Below the pieces are notes generated by a model. That model was not told where the DNA came from and searched no databases. It saw only the letters and a program-made list of their open reading frames with translations. This document shows positions 23,655 to 36,920 of a DNA stretch of 64,000 nt, in pieces. Position 1 is the stretch's first letter, and every line of letters starts with the position of its first letter. The DNA is from Squalus acanthias (taxonomy: Eukaryota). The stretch lies in assembly GCA_030390025.1 (NCBI GenBank), contig CM059432.1:33730001-33794000 (forward strand), read 5' to 3'. A program made the position numbers and the translations under genes.

Positions 23655-26290
23655 TACATGTGACTCCACTATTTAAGAAAGGAGGGAGAGGCAGAAGCAG
23701 AGGGTAATGGTTGATGGGTGTTTTTGTGACTGGAAGGTTGTTTCCAGTGGGATTCCACAGGGCTCAGTACTAGGTCTCTTGCTTTTTGTGGTATATATCA
23801 ATGATCTAGACTTGAATATAGGGGGTATGATTAAGAAGTTTGCAGATGATACTAAACATAGAAACATAGAAACATAGAAACTAGGAGCAGGAGTAGGCCA
23901 TTCGGCCCGTCGAGCCTGCTCCACCATTCAATACGATCATGGCTGATCATCCAAATCCAGTACCCTGTCCCTGCTTTCCCACACAGGGAAAAATCGGCTG
24001 TGTGGTTGATACTGAAGAAGGAAGCTGTAGACTGCAGGAAGATATCAATAAATTGGTCAGGTAGGCAGAACAGTGGCAAATGGAATTCAATCCGGAGAAG
24101 TGTGAGGTATTGCATTTGGGGAGGGCTAACAAGGAAAGGGAATACACATTAAATGGTAGGACACTGAGTAGTGTAGAGGAACAAAGGGACCTTGGAGTGC
24201 ATGTCCACAGATCCCTGAAGGTAGCAGGCTAGGTAGATAAGGTGGTTAAGAAGGCATACGGAATGCTTGCCTTTATTAGCCATGGCATAGAATACAAGAG
24301 CAGGTGGGTTATGCTTCAACTGTATAAAACACTAGTTAGGCCTCAGCTAGAGTACTGCGTGCAGTTCTGGTCACCACACTACAGGAAAGATGTGATTGCA
24401 CTAGAGAGGGTACAGAGGAGATATACAAGGATGTTGCCGGGAGTAGAGAATCTTAGCTATGAGGAAAGACTGGATAGGCTGGGTTTGTTTTCCTTGGAAC
24501 AGAGGAGGCTGAGGGGAGACCTTATTGAGGTGTATAAAATTATGAGGGGCCTAGATAAAGTGGATAGAAAGGACCTATTTCCCTTAGCAGAGGGGTCAAA
24601 AACCAGGGGGCACAGATTTAAAGTAATTGGTGGAAGGTTTAGAGGTGATTTGAGGGGAAATTTCTTCACCCAGATGGTTGTGGGGGTCTGGAACTCACTG
24701 CCTGAAAGGGTGGTAGAGGCAGAAACCCTAACCACATTTAAAAAGTACTTGGATGTGCACTTGGGATGCTCTAACCTGCAGGGCTACGGACCAAGAGCTG
24801 GGAAGTGGGATTAGGCTGGATAGCTCTTTGTTGGCTGGCGTGGACTCAATGGGCCAAAATGGCCTCCTTCCATGCTGTAACTTTCTATGATTCTATGAGA
24901 GAGAAAATGGGGAACTACAGACCAGTTAGCCTGACATCAGTAGTAGGGAAAAATGCTAGAATCTATTTTTAAGGACGTGGTAACAGGGCACTTAGAAAAT
25001 AATAATAGGATTGGGCAGAGCCAACACGGATTTATGAAAGGGAAATTGTATTTGCCGAATCTGTTAGAGTTTTTTGAGGTTGTAACTAGCAGAATAGATA
25101 AAGGGGAACCAGTGGATGTGGTGTATTTGGATTTTCAGAAGGCATTCAATAAGGTGCCACACAAGAGGTTATTAAACAAAATTAGGGCTCATGGGAGTGG
25201 GGTAATATACTAGCATGGATTGAGGATTGGTTAACGGACAGAAAAAAGAGAGTAGGAATAAACGGTTCATTTTCGGGTTGGCAGGCTGTAACTTGTGGGG
25301 TACCGCAAGGATCAGTGCTTGGACCTCAGCTATTCACAATCTATATCAATGATTTGGATGAGGGGACCAAATGTAATATATCCAAGTTTGCTGATGATAC
25401 AAAGCTGGGTGGGAATATAAGTTGTGAGGAGGATGCAAAGAGGCTTCAAGGGGATATCGACAAGCTAAGAACATGGCAAATGGAATATAATGTGGAGAAA
25501 TGTGAAGTTATCCACTTTGGTAGGAAAAATAGAAAAGCAGAGTATTTTTTAAATGGTGAGAGATTGGGAAATGTTGGTGTTCAGAAGGACCTGGGTGTCC
25601 TTGTACACGAATCACTGAAAGTTAACATGCAGGTACAGCAAGCAATTAGGAAAGCAAATAGTATGTTGGCCTTTATTACAAGAGGATTTGAATGTAAGAG
25701 TAAAGACATCTTACTGCAATTATAAAGGGCCCTGGTGAGACCACACCTGGAGTACTGTGTACAGTTTTGGTCTCCTTACCCAATGAAGGATAGACTTGCC
25801 ATAGAGGGAGTACAATGAAGGTTCACCAGACTGATTCCTGGGATGGGGGGATTGTCCTATGAGGACAGATTGAGCAGACTAGGCCTATATTCTCTAGAGT
25901 TTAGAAGAATGAGAGGTGATCTCATTGAAACATACAAAATTCTTACAGGGTAAATGCAGGGAGGATGTTTCCCCTGGCTGGGGAGTCCAGAACCAGGGGT
26001 CACAGTCTCAGAATAAGGGGTTGGCCATTTAGGACTGAGATGAAGAGAAATTTCTTCACTCAGGGTGGTGAATCTTTGGAATTCTCTATCCCAGAGGGCT
26101 GTGGAGGCTCAGTCGTTGAGTATATTCAAGACAGAGATCGATACATTTTTGAATATTAAGGGAATCAAGGGATATGGGCATCGTGCAGGAAAGTGGAGAT
26201 GAGGTAGAAGATCAGCCATGATCTTACTGAATGGCGGAGCAGGCTCGAGGAGCCAAATGGCCGACTCCTGCTCCTATTTCCTATCTTTTT
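23655..26290 (+). mobile_element. Three-level CR1 nest: outer CR1 (23655-23690 and 24898-26290), inner CR1 (23691-24897), minus-strand CR1 tail (23853-23985)
   Basis: FKKGGR|EKMGNYRPVSLT split across the insertion; ORFs 24242-24814, 24953-25213, 25315-25725; (TTCTATGA)n and (AACATAGA)n tails. Confidence 0.9.
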
Positions 26291-26291
26291 A

Positions 26292-26505
26292 TGTGGACAC
26301 GCTGTTTGTTTGCTCATGGTATTGGTGCGCTCATGGTATTGGTGCGCATGTGGTGATTGTGTGCATGTGGTATTTTTGTGCTTGTGGCGTGTGTGTGCTC
26401 GTGGTGATTGTGTGCTCATCATGTGTGTGTGTGTGCTTGTGGTGTTTGGGTCCACATCATGTGTGTGTGTGCTCGTGGTGTTTGTGTGCACATGGGGCAC
26501 ATGCT
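26292..26505. repeat. GT-rich degenerate minisatellite
   Basis: Repeated GTGTGCTCGTGGTG(A/T)TTG-like units. Confidence 0.75.
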
Positions 26506-26814
26506 CAATAGGGGAGATTTTCCACCGCCAAGCACTGGCGGAACAAATATGCAGAGTACGGGGGGAGTGTAGAAAATATTGCACTGACTAATTAAAATGT
26601 GCCGGGAACCGGGATTATGGGGGACCAGGGGGTCGGCACTGCTAGAGAGCATGAGCCTCGTTACCCCTTTAAAACAATATGTTAATGAGGGCGGGGCTTC
26701 TCTGTCCTGCATTCTCTGTTGGTTCTCTCCACCAACGCTATATCATTGCTGAGCACTCGTATCAAACAGGTGTACCTGGAAACTGACTTCCTGGTCTGCA
26801 ACACAGAAATTCTT

Positions 26815-27270
26815 AAAGCTGCAGAGGAGATTTACTAGAATGATGAGGGACCACAGTTATGTGGAGAGACTGGAGAAGCTGGGATTGTTCTACTTAGAGC
26901 AGAGAAGGTTAAGGGGAGATTTAATATTGGTGTTCAAAATTATGAAGGTTTTGATAGAGTAAATAAAAAGAAACTGTTTCCACTGGCAGGAGGTTTGGTA
27001 ACCAGAGGACACAGATTAAAAATAATTGGCAAAAGAACAGAGGGGGAGATGAGGAGAAATATTGTTACAATCTGGAATGCACAGCCTGAAACAGTGGTGG
27101 AAGCAGATTCAATAGTAACTTTCCAAAAGGAATTGGATATAAACTTGAAAAGGAAACATTTGGAGAGCTATGGGGAAAGAGTGGAGCAAATGGGACTAAT
27201 TGGATCGCTCTTTCAAAGAGCCGGCACAGGCACGAGGGGCTGAATGGCCTCCTTCTGTGCTTTAAGATTC
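26815..27270 (+). mobile_element. CR1 3' fragment
   Basis: TRGHRLKIIGKR..; 3' UTR GAATGGCCTCCTTCTGTGC. Confidence 0.8.
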
Positions 27271-28229
27271 TAGGACTCTCTGAAAAAGAGGAGTTTGTTT
27301 GCAGTATTTTCACGTCCATTTTCTCAGTCAATATATTTCTGCTCAAATGAAGAAGAAAACACATTTTCACCTGGTTCTGGGTAATAAAGCAGAGTAAGTA
27401 GGAAGCCTAAAGGTCGGGGAACATTATGGAAACAGTGACCCGAATATAATTAGGGTCAGTGTAAGGAAAATGAAAAGTTGAGGATAGGGCATTTGACTGG
27501 AAATAAAGGTTAATTATAAAGAGTTGGAAAGGGACCTTGCTCAGGTTAAATGGAAGGAAAAAATTGACAAATAGAACTGTAGATCAGCACTTGGAAATAT
27601 TTAAACAGGCGATGAAATGATGATTGTTCTGGTAAGGAATAAAGGAACTAGAGTTCTATGAGTGACTAGGAATATTAGATCAAATTTTGGCTTTTCACAT
27701 GCTTTTCTCCATTTTCCTACTTTAATTTTTTTTGTTATTTAATTGTTCTTTATTCCCCACTAAAATATCATTTCTACCATCCAACAGGTTCCTGCTTTTC
27801 TATGATTATTTTGCAGATTGTTCAACCCATTAACTTTCTCCTTGTATTTAGATTATCCCCCATTTGTATTTCCAGCCAGGTTGCCGGTGCTCGGGACTGA
27901 TGCAATACCCAGTGGTACCTCCTCCTCTGAGGTGTCTTCTCCTTCTGTGGGCTGCTGCTGCTGAAAAGAATCTAGAAGAAAGAGAAAAGGGACAAGATTT
28001 AGGATGACACTGAGACAGGACAGTAGCAGATAGCAAGCATCACAGTGCAGCACGATGTAGTCAAGCTGCCTGATTGTTTATTATTCTGAGGTTCATGGAG
28101 GGGTGCAGAAGTCAGAGTCAGAGACGCTGTTCAGAGAAGCCCCTGGCCTTAAAATGTCCTATTCCAACTGCTCTGGAGGGACCACTGGTCTCCAGCGCTT
28201 GCTGCTCCAACTCCAACAGCACCATGGGT

Positions 28230-29570
28230 TTGGCTTGTCTGACCAAGATGGACATTCATTCCTCCACCACCACGCACTGCGGCTGCAGTGTGTATTATCT
28301 ACAGGATGCACTACAGCAGCTCGCCAAGTCTTCCTCGGCAGCACCTCCCAAATCGTGACCTCCACCACCTAGAAGGACAAGGGCAGCAGGTGCATTGGAA
28401 CACCATCACTGCCAAGTTCCACTCCAAGTCAAACATCAACCTGATTTGGAGATATATTATAAGAACATAAGAATTAGGAGCAGTTTATAGGCTATACGGG
28501 AGGAAGAAGGGGAGGAAGGCCTGCAGTACCACGGCGCGACGTGCCGCAACGCATGGCGCTGTGGCAAAATAGCACCGCGATATTCACTCGCAGCGCCCCA
28601 AGAGGGAGGCGGGGCGCTTCCAGTAGCACCCCGCTTCCCTCTTGGAGCACTACCAATGAATTTCGGCCACTAAAAGTAGTGCCCCAGTGAAGTTAGCGCC
28701 CCAAAAGGGGCGCGACTCAATTTCTCCCCCCAGAAATCTATCTATCTCAGACTTGAATATACTCAACGACTCAGCATCCACAGCCCTTTGGGGTAGAGAA
28801 TTCCAAAGATTCACAACCCTCTGAGTGAAGAAATTCCTCCTCATCTCAGTCTTAAATGGCCGACCCCTTATCCTGAGACTATGCCCCCTAGTTATAGACT
28901 CTCCAGCCAGGGGAAACAACCTCTCAGCATCTAGCCTGCCAATCCCCCTCAGAATGTTATATGTTTCAATGAGATCACCTCTCATTCTTCTAAACTCTAG
29001 AAAGTATAGGCCCAATCTACTCAATCTCTCCTCTTAGGACAACCCTCTCATCCCAGGAATCAATCTAGTGAACCTTCATTGCACCGCTTCTAAGGCAAGT
29101 ATGTCCTTCCTCGGATAAAGAGAGCAAAACTGTGCACAGTACTCCAGGTGTGGTCTCACCAAAGCATGGTACAATTGTAGCAAGAATTCCTTACTCTTGT
29201 ACTCCAACCCCCTTGCAATAAAGGCCAACATGCCATTTGCCTTCCTAATTGCTTGCTGTACCTGCATGCTAACTTTCTGTGTTTCCTGTATGAGGACACC
29301 TAAATCTCTCCGAACACCAACATTTAATAGTTTCTCACCATTTAAAAAAATATTCTGTTTTTCTATTCTTCCTACCATATATTGTTCATTCGTTCAGTAT
29401 CGCTGGGTCAAAATCCTGGAACTTCTTCCCATTGTAGGAGTACCTTCACCACATGGGCTGCAGCGGTTCAAGAAGAAGGCTCACTAACACCTTCTCAAGG
29501 GCAACTAGGGATGGGCAATAAAAGGGTGGCCTTACCAGTGACGCCCACATCCCTAGAATGAATATAAGGT
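28230..29570. mobile_element. LINE 3' end (+; 28230-28458 and 29380-29570) interrupted by a minus-strand CR1 (28459-29378) that contains a Harbinger terminal fragment (~28497-28731)
   Basis: ORFs 28650-29024 and 29076-29378 are CR1 ORF2; GCGCCCCAAAAGGGGCG..AATTTCTCCCCCC resembles the right end of 4699-8779. Confidence 0.8.
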
Positions 29571-30009
29571 CTTACTGCTTTCCCTTGTGTTGTGTGCTGT
29601 CTTGTCCGACAGAGAGAGAGAAGAGGTGAAAATTAGTGAGTGTCTCCTACGAAGGGGAGTGCATCTGTGTGGGGCTTCTGCTTGCTGTGCAGATGCTGAG
29701 AGGAAGAAGAACCAAGAGGCAATCAGGATGAGGAGGTATTGATTGGAAAGCACGTGCTCAGAGGAAGGAGCCATGAGAGAAGTTGGTGAATCTGCCAAAG
29801 ATACCAAGTGAGAAGAGAATGGTGCTAGTGGCTGCTGTGAAGGGAGCAAGGAAGATGTGAGTGTGTGTTTGGAATGAGAGTGAGAACTGGTCTAGTATGG
29901 CCTTGTGCTGGTTGGTGAAGGATGCGATGGATGGGAGGGAATTAGTTAGAGTGGTGGAGGAGGGATGACAAGTCTGTTGCCATGTATTCTTGAGAGAGCT
30001 GGAGAAAGG

Positions 30010-30245
30010 AAGAGCTGTACACTCCCTTGCTACTCTTGAACTGCTTCCTGCACTGGATCCAGATCCTGGGGGCGATACTCCTGAGCTGGCCATCTCTGCA
30101 GTGTCTCTCCATGCCTGGTTGACTTGGTGTTTAGGGATCCTCCTGGCACTGGCTAGAAAGAAAACTTCCGTCCTTGTTCTGACCTCTTCCAGCATGATAT
30201 CCAGTGAGGCCTCAGAGAACCTGGGGTCCTTTCTGCGACTCGTGC
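30010..30245 (-). pseudogene. Harbinger Myb/SANT exon remnant
   Basis: PRFSEASLDIMLEEVRTRTEVFF..QVNQAWRDTAE resembles Myb exon 1 at 8181-8416 and 48569-48808. Confidence 0.55.
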
Positions 30246-30779
30246 TGAATCAGATTCTACCTCCATTACTCCTAAAGTGAATTCAACCAGAAGGAAATGC
30301 AACCTCACTTTGAGAGTTGCACACATCAAGATCCCACAAACTGCAATGAGAAAATGAGAAGTCAATCTCTTTTTGGCTGTGCTGGTTAAGGGATGGTGAG
30401 ACACCAGGATAACTCCCTTGCTCTTCTTCAGCCTCGGTTTAAAATCCCATCCAAATGACGGCACTGCTAACAGTCAGCGCTCCATCAGTACTGCACTGTA
30501 ATCCCAGTCTTGATTATGTGCTCAAATCCTGAAGTGGGGCTCGAACCCACAACCTCTGATTCAGTGAGAGTGGCACCACTGAGCCAGGGCTGGCACAAGG
30601 CAGGACAGCGTCAAGGGAGCTTTAGTTTTGGGATTGAGAAGTGCCATGTGTCATTTTCCTCATGACGACATCATGAAGCGATTTGCGCCATGACACAGTG
30701 TATAGAAAAAAATTTGCCCGCCGTCTTTTCATGAAGATGTCGCCCCTTTAAAGGAAGCAGTTTGTTGTAAGGACCGCAA

Positions 30780-31110
30780 TAAGAACATAAGAAGTAGGAT
30801 AGGAGTAGGCCATACGACCCTTCGGGCCTGCTCCGCCATTCAATAGGATCATGGCTGATCCGAACCTAGACTCACGTCCACTTCCCTGCCCGCTCCCCAT
30901 AACCCTTAATTCCCTTATCAGCTAGGAAACTATCTATCTCCGTTTTAAATTTATTTAATGTTGCAGCTTCCACAGCTCTCTAAGGTAGCAAATTCCATAG
31001 ATTTACTACCCTCTGAGTGAAGAAGTTTCTCCTCATCTCAGTTTTGAAACGGCAGCCCCTTATTCTAAGATTATGCCCCCTAGTTCTAGGTTCACCCATC
31101 AGTGGAAACA
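30780..31110 (-). mobile_element. CR1 3' fragment
   Basis: FPLMGEPRTRGHNLRIRG..NFFTQRVVNLWN; AAGAACAT tail. Confidence 0.85.
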
Positions 31111-31699
31111 AGCAATGTTGCATTAGTACTAGTTTTTCTTTTTTACAAAGTATTGTCACCCAGCCTGATACAACATGTTGCTTTTTGAGATTTTCTTTTT
31201 CCCACCCTTTGACTTTCAATCCCCTTTAGTTATCACAGGTCATAAAAGACTCTTGCCAGGACCAGGCAGTCTATGAGCTCAGAGTCTTTCAGGAAAAGCC
31301 TCTCTCTCTTTGCTCTCAGACGTTGCTCCTAGAGGCCTGTGGTTTACAAGGGGGGAACCCACCCATTTCCTCTCCATACCCTTCCCAGGCATGACAAAGC
31401 CAGCACAGCCGGGGCCCGACTGACTTCAGAGGAGACCATTGATTATAAAGTTAACATAATTAGATGCCGTCTGTGCCCATCCTTGCCAGGCTTTCCCAGC
31501 CCAGCCACAGGAAGATAAACAACTACATTACAATCTGGGAAAGTGATATGACTCAAAACCAGGACAGGATTCTGTACAAGACTGTGGGCCCAATTTTCTC
31601 TCTGTCATGCTGGCAGTGGTTTCTTCTTGCACCTGTGACGGGACAAAGAATGTGGACTTTGCGGCCCAGGTCCAATAGGCGTTAAACATCTGAGCTTCT

Positions 31700-32023
31700 C
31701 CCTATCGCTGTAACCTCCTCTAGCCATACAACCCTTTGAGAACTCTGCGTATCTCCAACTCTGGCCTCTTGTGCTTCCTTCATCCCACCATTGGCGGCCG
31801 TGCCTACAGCCATCTAGGCACTAAGCTCTGGAATTTCCGCTCTAAACCTCTCTGACTCCTCACCATCTTCCTCCTTTAGACCCTTCTTAAAACCTACCTC
31901 TTTTGACCTATCCTAATGTCTCCTTTTTGGACTTTGTGTCAATTTTTGTCTGATTATGCTCTTGTGAAGCGCCTTGGCATGTTTTACTATGTTAAAGGTG
32001 CTATACAAATGCAAGTTATTGTT
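31700..32023 (+). mobile_element. L2 LINE 3' end
   Basis: Ends GTGAAGCGCCTTGG..GGTGCTATACAAATGCAAGTTATTGTTG, the tail shared with the SINEs. Confidence 0.6.
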
Positions 32024-33837
32024 GCACCATAGCCGCCTGGTGCAATGCTAATATGTAATAGTTGTGTTTACAATACTGTCACATATATAAAATGTTGGCT
32101 GACCTCAATGGAAAAAAAATGAGAATCCAGTTTGGACGAAGAAGGCCAATTGGAGCTTTTTACCATCCACCTGATGAGGCAGGCAGAACCTCTTGTGGTG
32201 ATGCAGTGGGTCAGTTGTGGCAGCCGGTGAAATGGGTCGAGCCAATTTTAAAGGGACTAGCGGTCCTTAAATTGTGCCAGGTGCAAATTTCCCATTGACT
32301 CTGAATCAGCCCAGCCGCACATAACCAGCACGTGGAGGATGTTGGGAGGATGTTGGAAGAAGGAGGGGCAGATCGTCTAAAGCGGATCCATTATTGTCCA
32401 TTCCATCTGCCTCCCACCATTTCAGTTGCTCTACTGTCTCTCCCTTTCAGGTGGTACAGAGGCGGGAACAGTGGGAAATTTGCCAAATACCCAAGCTTCA
32501 CCCATCACCAGCATTTACACGTGGCACAGCCGGGAGTGAGCGAGCAGCTGTCATTGTAAGCAGGGTGAGCAGAGGAAAATCTTGGTGGCCAACTTTAGGG
32601 GTGAAGATTTGGCAGTAGGCTTCAACACCTCTGAGGTCCCATGAAGGAGAGTGAGTAGGAGACTTTTGCGACGAGTCTTGATTTTCAACACAATGATGAT
32701 GCACGGAGGAGGAAGACTGTAGGGGTTGACTTATTTGGAGCACAGAGGAACAAGAGAGGAGGAGCCATGATCACAGCAGCATTGATAAAATAAACTTTGA
32801 CATCAACAGGAGGTAAAAATGGTAAAGTATTCTATCCCCCAGGACTCAGATCTCTCTCTTCAATGAACATAGAAAAAATCACCACAAAGATATAAATGAA
32901 ATTAATCAAAATCCCATCTGCTTCTGATAGCTGCCATTGACTGGAAGGAATCTGTTTTCAGACTGGTTTCAATTGATATCTTAAGTTCTCTAATAAATAT
33001 ACTGAAATGTTGGCCTGATTTCTCTGGGAATTTAATTCCCAGTCTCTCTTAGTCGTAGGAAACACCTTATTAAGGGACAAACAGACCTTGCTCTGCCAAG
33101 CTTGGTCCTGCACGAACGTGGTCAACTGGTGTTTCTTCCACATCTGCGTAAGCTGAACAGCTGCCCAACCCCCCTGCCGGGTAATTATATACGGAACATT
33201 GCCTACAGCATCCTGCTAGGTTGGGCTTCAGCCACCACACTGAAACTAGGTACTGTTAAAAAAACACGGCAAAAACATTCACTCCAAGGAAAGATGGTTT
33301 TGGAGTTTTTGTTAACTCTTTCATCCAAAGCAATACAAGCGGAGGCTGAATGAAGAATTCCATTGATGGCATTGTGATATGAAACCTGGGAGCGACTTGT
33401 CACCTGGAACTGTTGTGTGCTAGTCAGATTTAGAGTCAACCCTCACTGGTTAAACCGAGGTTACTGCAGTCTGCGTTAGGATGTGGAAAACTTGAGCTGT
33501 GCCAGCTGGCATCCACCTAAATTTCTCCAACAAAAATGTGCTCTTTCTCGCACCTTTTTCTTTTCTCCATGTGCTTCTTACCCCCTTGCGCTGAACCTCC
33601 CAACCCCTCCTCTCCTCCCTCCTGGCTCCTCACTTGAAAGCAGTGACTCCTGCTGGGGCACAGCTGTATGAGCGGCAAAGCAAATAATCTCCGGTGCCTC
33701 ACCTATTGTGGCACAGCAGCGGAAGAAGTGGCTGCTCTCTACGTGTGAGTACAGGCAGTGAGTGCTGGTAGGCTATTGAACCATGGGGGCAGCACAGCTG
33801 AGCTAGCACCTTTCCCCATGTGGAAAGAGAAGAAAAA

Positions 33838-34118
33838 ACTTGCATTTATATAGCGCCTTTCATGTCCTCAGGATGTCCCAAAGCGCTTTACAGTCAATGA
33901 ACTACTTTTGTAGTGGAGTCAATGTTATAATGTTACATTGTAGATCATTTGTGCACACTACGGTCCTACAAATACCATGAGATAATGACCAGATCATTTG
34001 TTTTAGTGATGGTGGTGGAGGATAAATATTGGCCAGGTCACTGGGGAGAACTCCGCTGTTCTTCGACACGTGCCATGGGATCTTTTATGTCTGCCTAAGA
34101 GGGCAGGCGGGGCCTCAA
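33838..34118 (-). mobile_element. Deu-domain SINE
   Basis: Matches 1850-2145. Confidence 0.65.
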
Positions 34119-34484
34119 TAGCCATCAGACTTGTCCAAGCATTTGAATCATTGCTTAGGAACTCCACAGGTCTGCTTGATAAGAGCTCTGGGTGAACCAT
34201 GATTATAGTGGAGCTCTGCTACTGCTGAGTGTAGGTTTCTACGAGGTGTCGTTAGCCGGTTCTGCAGTGGATTTCTCGTTCCTCAACCTTTGACTTGATT
34301 GGTAGGGTTAAATAGGGGAGAATAGTTGACTGATGCAAGAAAAAAGCATCGTGGCAGCTGCCATGGTGAATGGCCGATCATCACATACCACAGTTGAACA
34401 TTTATTGAGTGGTAATCTTTGGGATTGATGAAGGTGGCAGCATTGCAGGCGGGAGCTCATCAATGACACTCTGAATTTGGGGCA

Positions 34485-35395
34485 ACAACAACAACTTGCA
34501 TTTATATAGTGCCTTTAACGTAGTAAAACATCCCAAGGCACTAAACTCTGGAATTCACAAAAATTGACACTAAGCCAAAGAAGGAGATATTAGGACACAT
34601 GACCAAAAGCTTGATCAAAGTGGTAGGTTTTAAGGATCGCCTTAAAAGAGGACATAGAGGTTGAGAAGTGGAGAGGTTTAGGGTGGGAATTCCAGATGTT
34701 TAGGGCCGAGACGGCTGAAGGAACGGCCACCAATGGTGGGGCAAAGGAAGTGGGGGATGCACAAGAGGGCAGAGTTAGAGAGACGCAGACCCACAACAGC
34801 AATGAAATCTCAGAGTTCTCAGAGGGCTGTGGGGTGGAAGAGGTTACAGAGCTAGGTAAGACCAGGAGATAGGGTTGGCATCTTAAGGATCTTACATGCC
34901 ATTAACAAAGAAAAATGTCGCAAAAAATCTTCACGGGAATAGTCAAAAAAGGACACTAACCCAAACAAGGAGATAATAGGCCTGGTGACCAAAAGCTTGG
35001 TTAAATAGATGGATCTTAAAGGAGGGCAGAGAGAGGTGGAGGGTTGGAGGGATTTAAAAAGGAATTCCATAGCAGCTGAAGGCACTGCCGCCACTGGTGG
35101 GATGAAGGAAAGGGTTTGCACAGGAAACTGGAATTGGAGGGTTCAGACGGGTTGTAAGGCTGCAGGAGGTTACAGAGACAGGGAAAGGTGAGGCTATGGA
35201 AGGATTTAAACACAAAGATAAGAATGTTACATTTGAGGCACTGGGGGACCAGGAGCCAATGCAAGTCAGTGGGCACGAGGCTGGCGAATGGGCAGGATAT
35301 GGGATGGGATAGGATACATCAGCAGAGTTTTGGGTGAGGTCAAACCTACGAAGGGTGGAGGATGGGAGGCTGGCCAGGTGAGCATTGGAATATTC
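34485..35395 (-). mobile_element. Two tandem L2 3' fragments
   Basis: (CAA)n tail; LHWLLVPQ..FKSFH; segment repeated at ~34560-34850 and ~34940-35180. Confidence 0.6.
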
Positions 35396-36394
35396 CTGAG
35401 GCTCTCAACTGTTTCAGAGGGGAAATTTGGCGGACAGGAATTTCCCCTTTCGCCTGCCCCCTCCTCCCGAAAATAGGATGATGTCCAGAACCAGGGATAA
35501 CTGGATGGGACTAAATCATACATCACTTTTCCACCAGATAGCAACATACTTGTGCCTGAAAATGGATCGGTAATGAGATAAAAATCGCCCCTAGAATGTT
35601 TGTATTTGAATTGAGCGGTTGGTGCCTTCCTTGAATATCCATCATCAGACAAGCTAGTAATTGTTGCAACAATTTAGGCAAGTATTTGATTTCTGTGAGT
35701 GAAGCTAGTTTTTAATCCCTTATGTGCCATGGCAGAATTTTAAAAAGGAAGCCATACCAAGCGAAATCTTGGTTAAAGATGCTTTATTTTTGGCACAGCC
35801 CCCTTAATCTTCATTTATTTCAAATTGTGGATACAAACGTATCTTGGTACATTAGCGCTATTACAGTAGTCAACTTTATAGCAAGAACGGTCTTTCCATG
35901 TAGATCTTTTGCCCAGTTGTTTCCAGCTCCACTTTGACCTGCAGCTTTATTTAAACTGCAGTCAGTGCTTAGTACAAACTGTAACTCCACACCACTTAGA
36001 AGGGCTTAAGTACACAAAAGGTAATTGAACATTAATGAGGTGTTGTTTACTTATTTATTTTTGTTCTTGGATTCAGTGCACTTTAATGAGGAGCGAACTA
36101 GTGAGTCAGCACAGCAGTTTCTGTCTGAAATAAACGGAGCACTTAAGATGCTACAAACGACAATTTTGAAATTGACATTAATGCAAATAGTTATTGGTTA
36201 TCTCTTTTTGCCCGGTATGAGCGACTGCCCGTTTTAAGTGTGCATGTTTTAAGTCGTGGGGCATGTATTCTGATTGTGGATTTATGGATGTGGGCAGAAG
36301 AACAGGTTAGCAGCTGAAGGGGGAGGAAATCGAAGGATGATGCTCAAAGAAATGCTTAGTCTCCCTTAAATCTATTTGATTTCCGGCTCTTCAC

Positions 36395-36431
36395 AGTTCT
36401 GACGAAAGGTCATCGACCTGAAACGTTAACT
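36395..36431 (+). ncRNA. Minimal type I hammerhead ribozyme motif in a Penelope-type repeat (36364-36527)
   Basis: AGTT-CTGACGA-A-AGGTC-ATC-GACCT-GAAA-CG-TT-AACT. Confidence 0.7.
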
Positions 36432-36539
36432 CTCTTTCTCTCTCCACGGATGCTGCCTGGCCTGCTGAGTTTTTCCAGCGTTTTCTGTTGTTATTTCAGA
36501 TTTCCAGCATCCGCAGTATTTTGCTATCGTATTAGAGTT

Positions 36540-36810
36540 TATCTGGACGTAGATGATCCTATAGCACTATTCGAAACAGAGTTCTTCCCAGTGGTCCTGG
36601 CCAATATCTGTCCCTTAACCAACATCACTAAAAAACAGATTTTCTGGTCATTGATCTTATTGCTGTTTGTGAGACCGTGCTGTGCCCAAATCAGATGTTG
36701 CGTTTCCCAATATTACAACAGTGTCTACACTTCAAAAAGTACTTCACTGGCTGTGAAATGCTTTGGGATGTTGTAAAGTGTGACAGGTGCTATATAAATG
36801 CGAGTTCTTT
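36540..36810 (+). mobile_element. Deu-domain SINE 3' part
   Basis: Reverse complement of 1850-2120; tail GGTGCTATATAAATGCGAG. Confidence 0.65.
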
Positions 36811-36920
36811 CATTACATAGGAACATCGGATTTTCTAGACAAAAAAAGAATCTAGTTCACCTTCTACCAGCCTGATAGTCGCATGATACAACGATAATGA
36901 AGTTGTTGACTAATCATAGC

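Noticed and set aside
32940..33480. Short ORFs on both strands in non-repetitive sequence
   Set aside because: No recognisable domain or convincing splice-site pair
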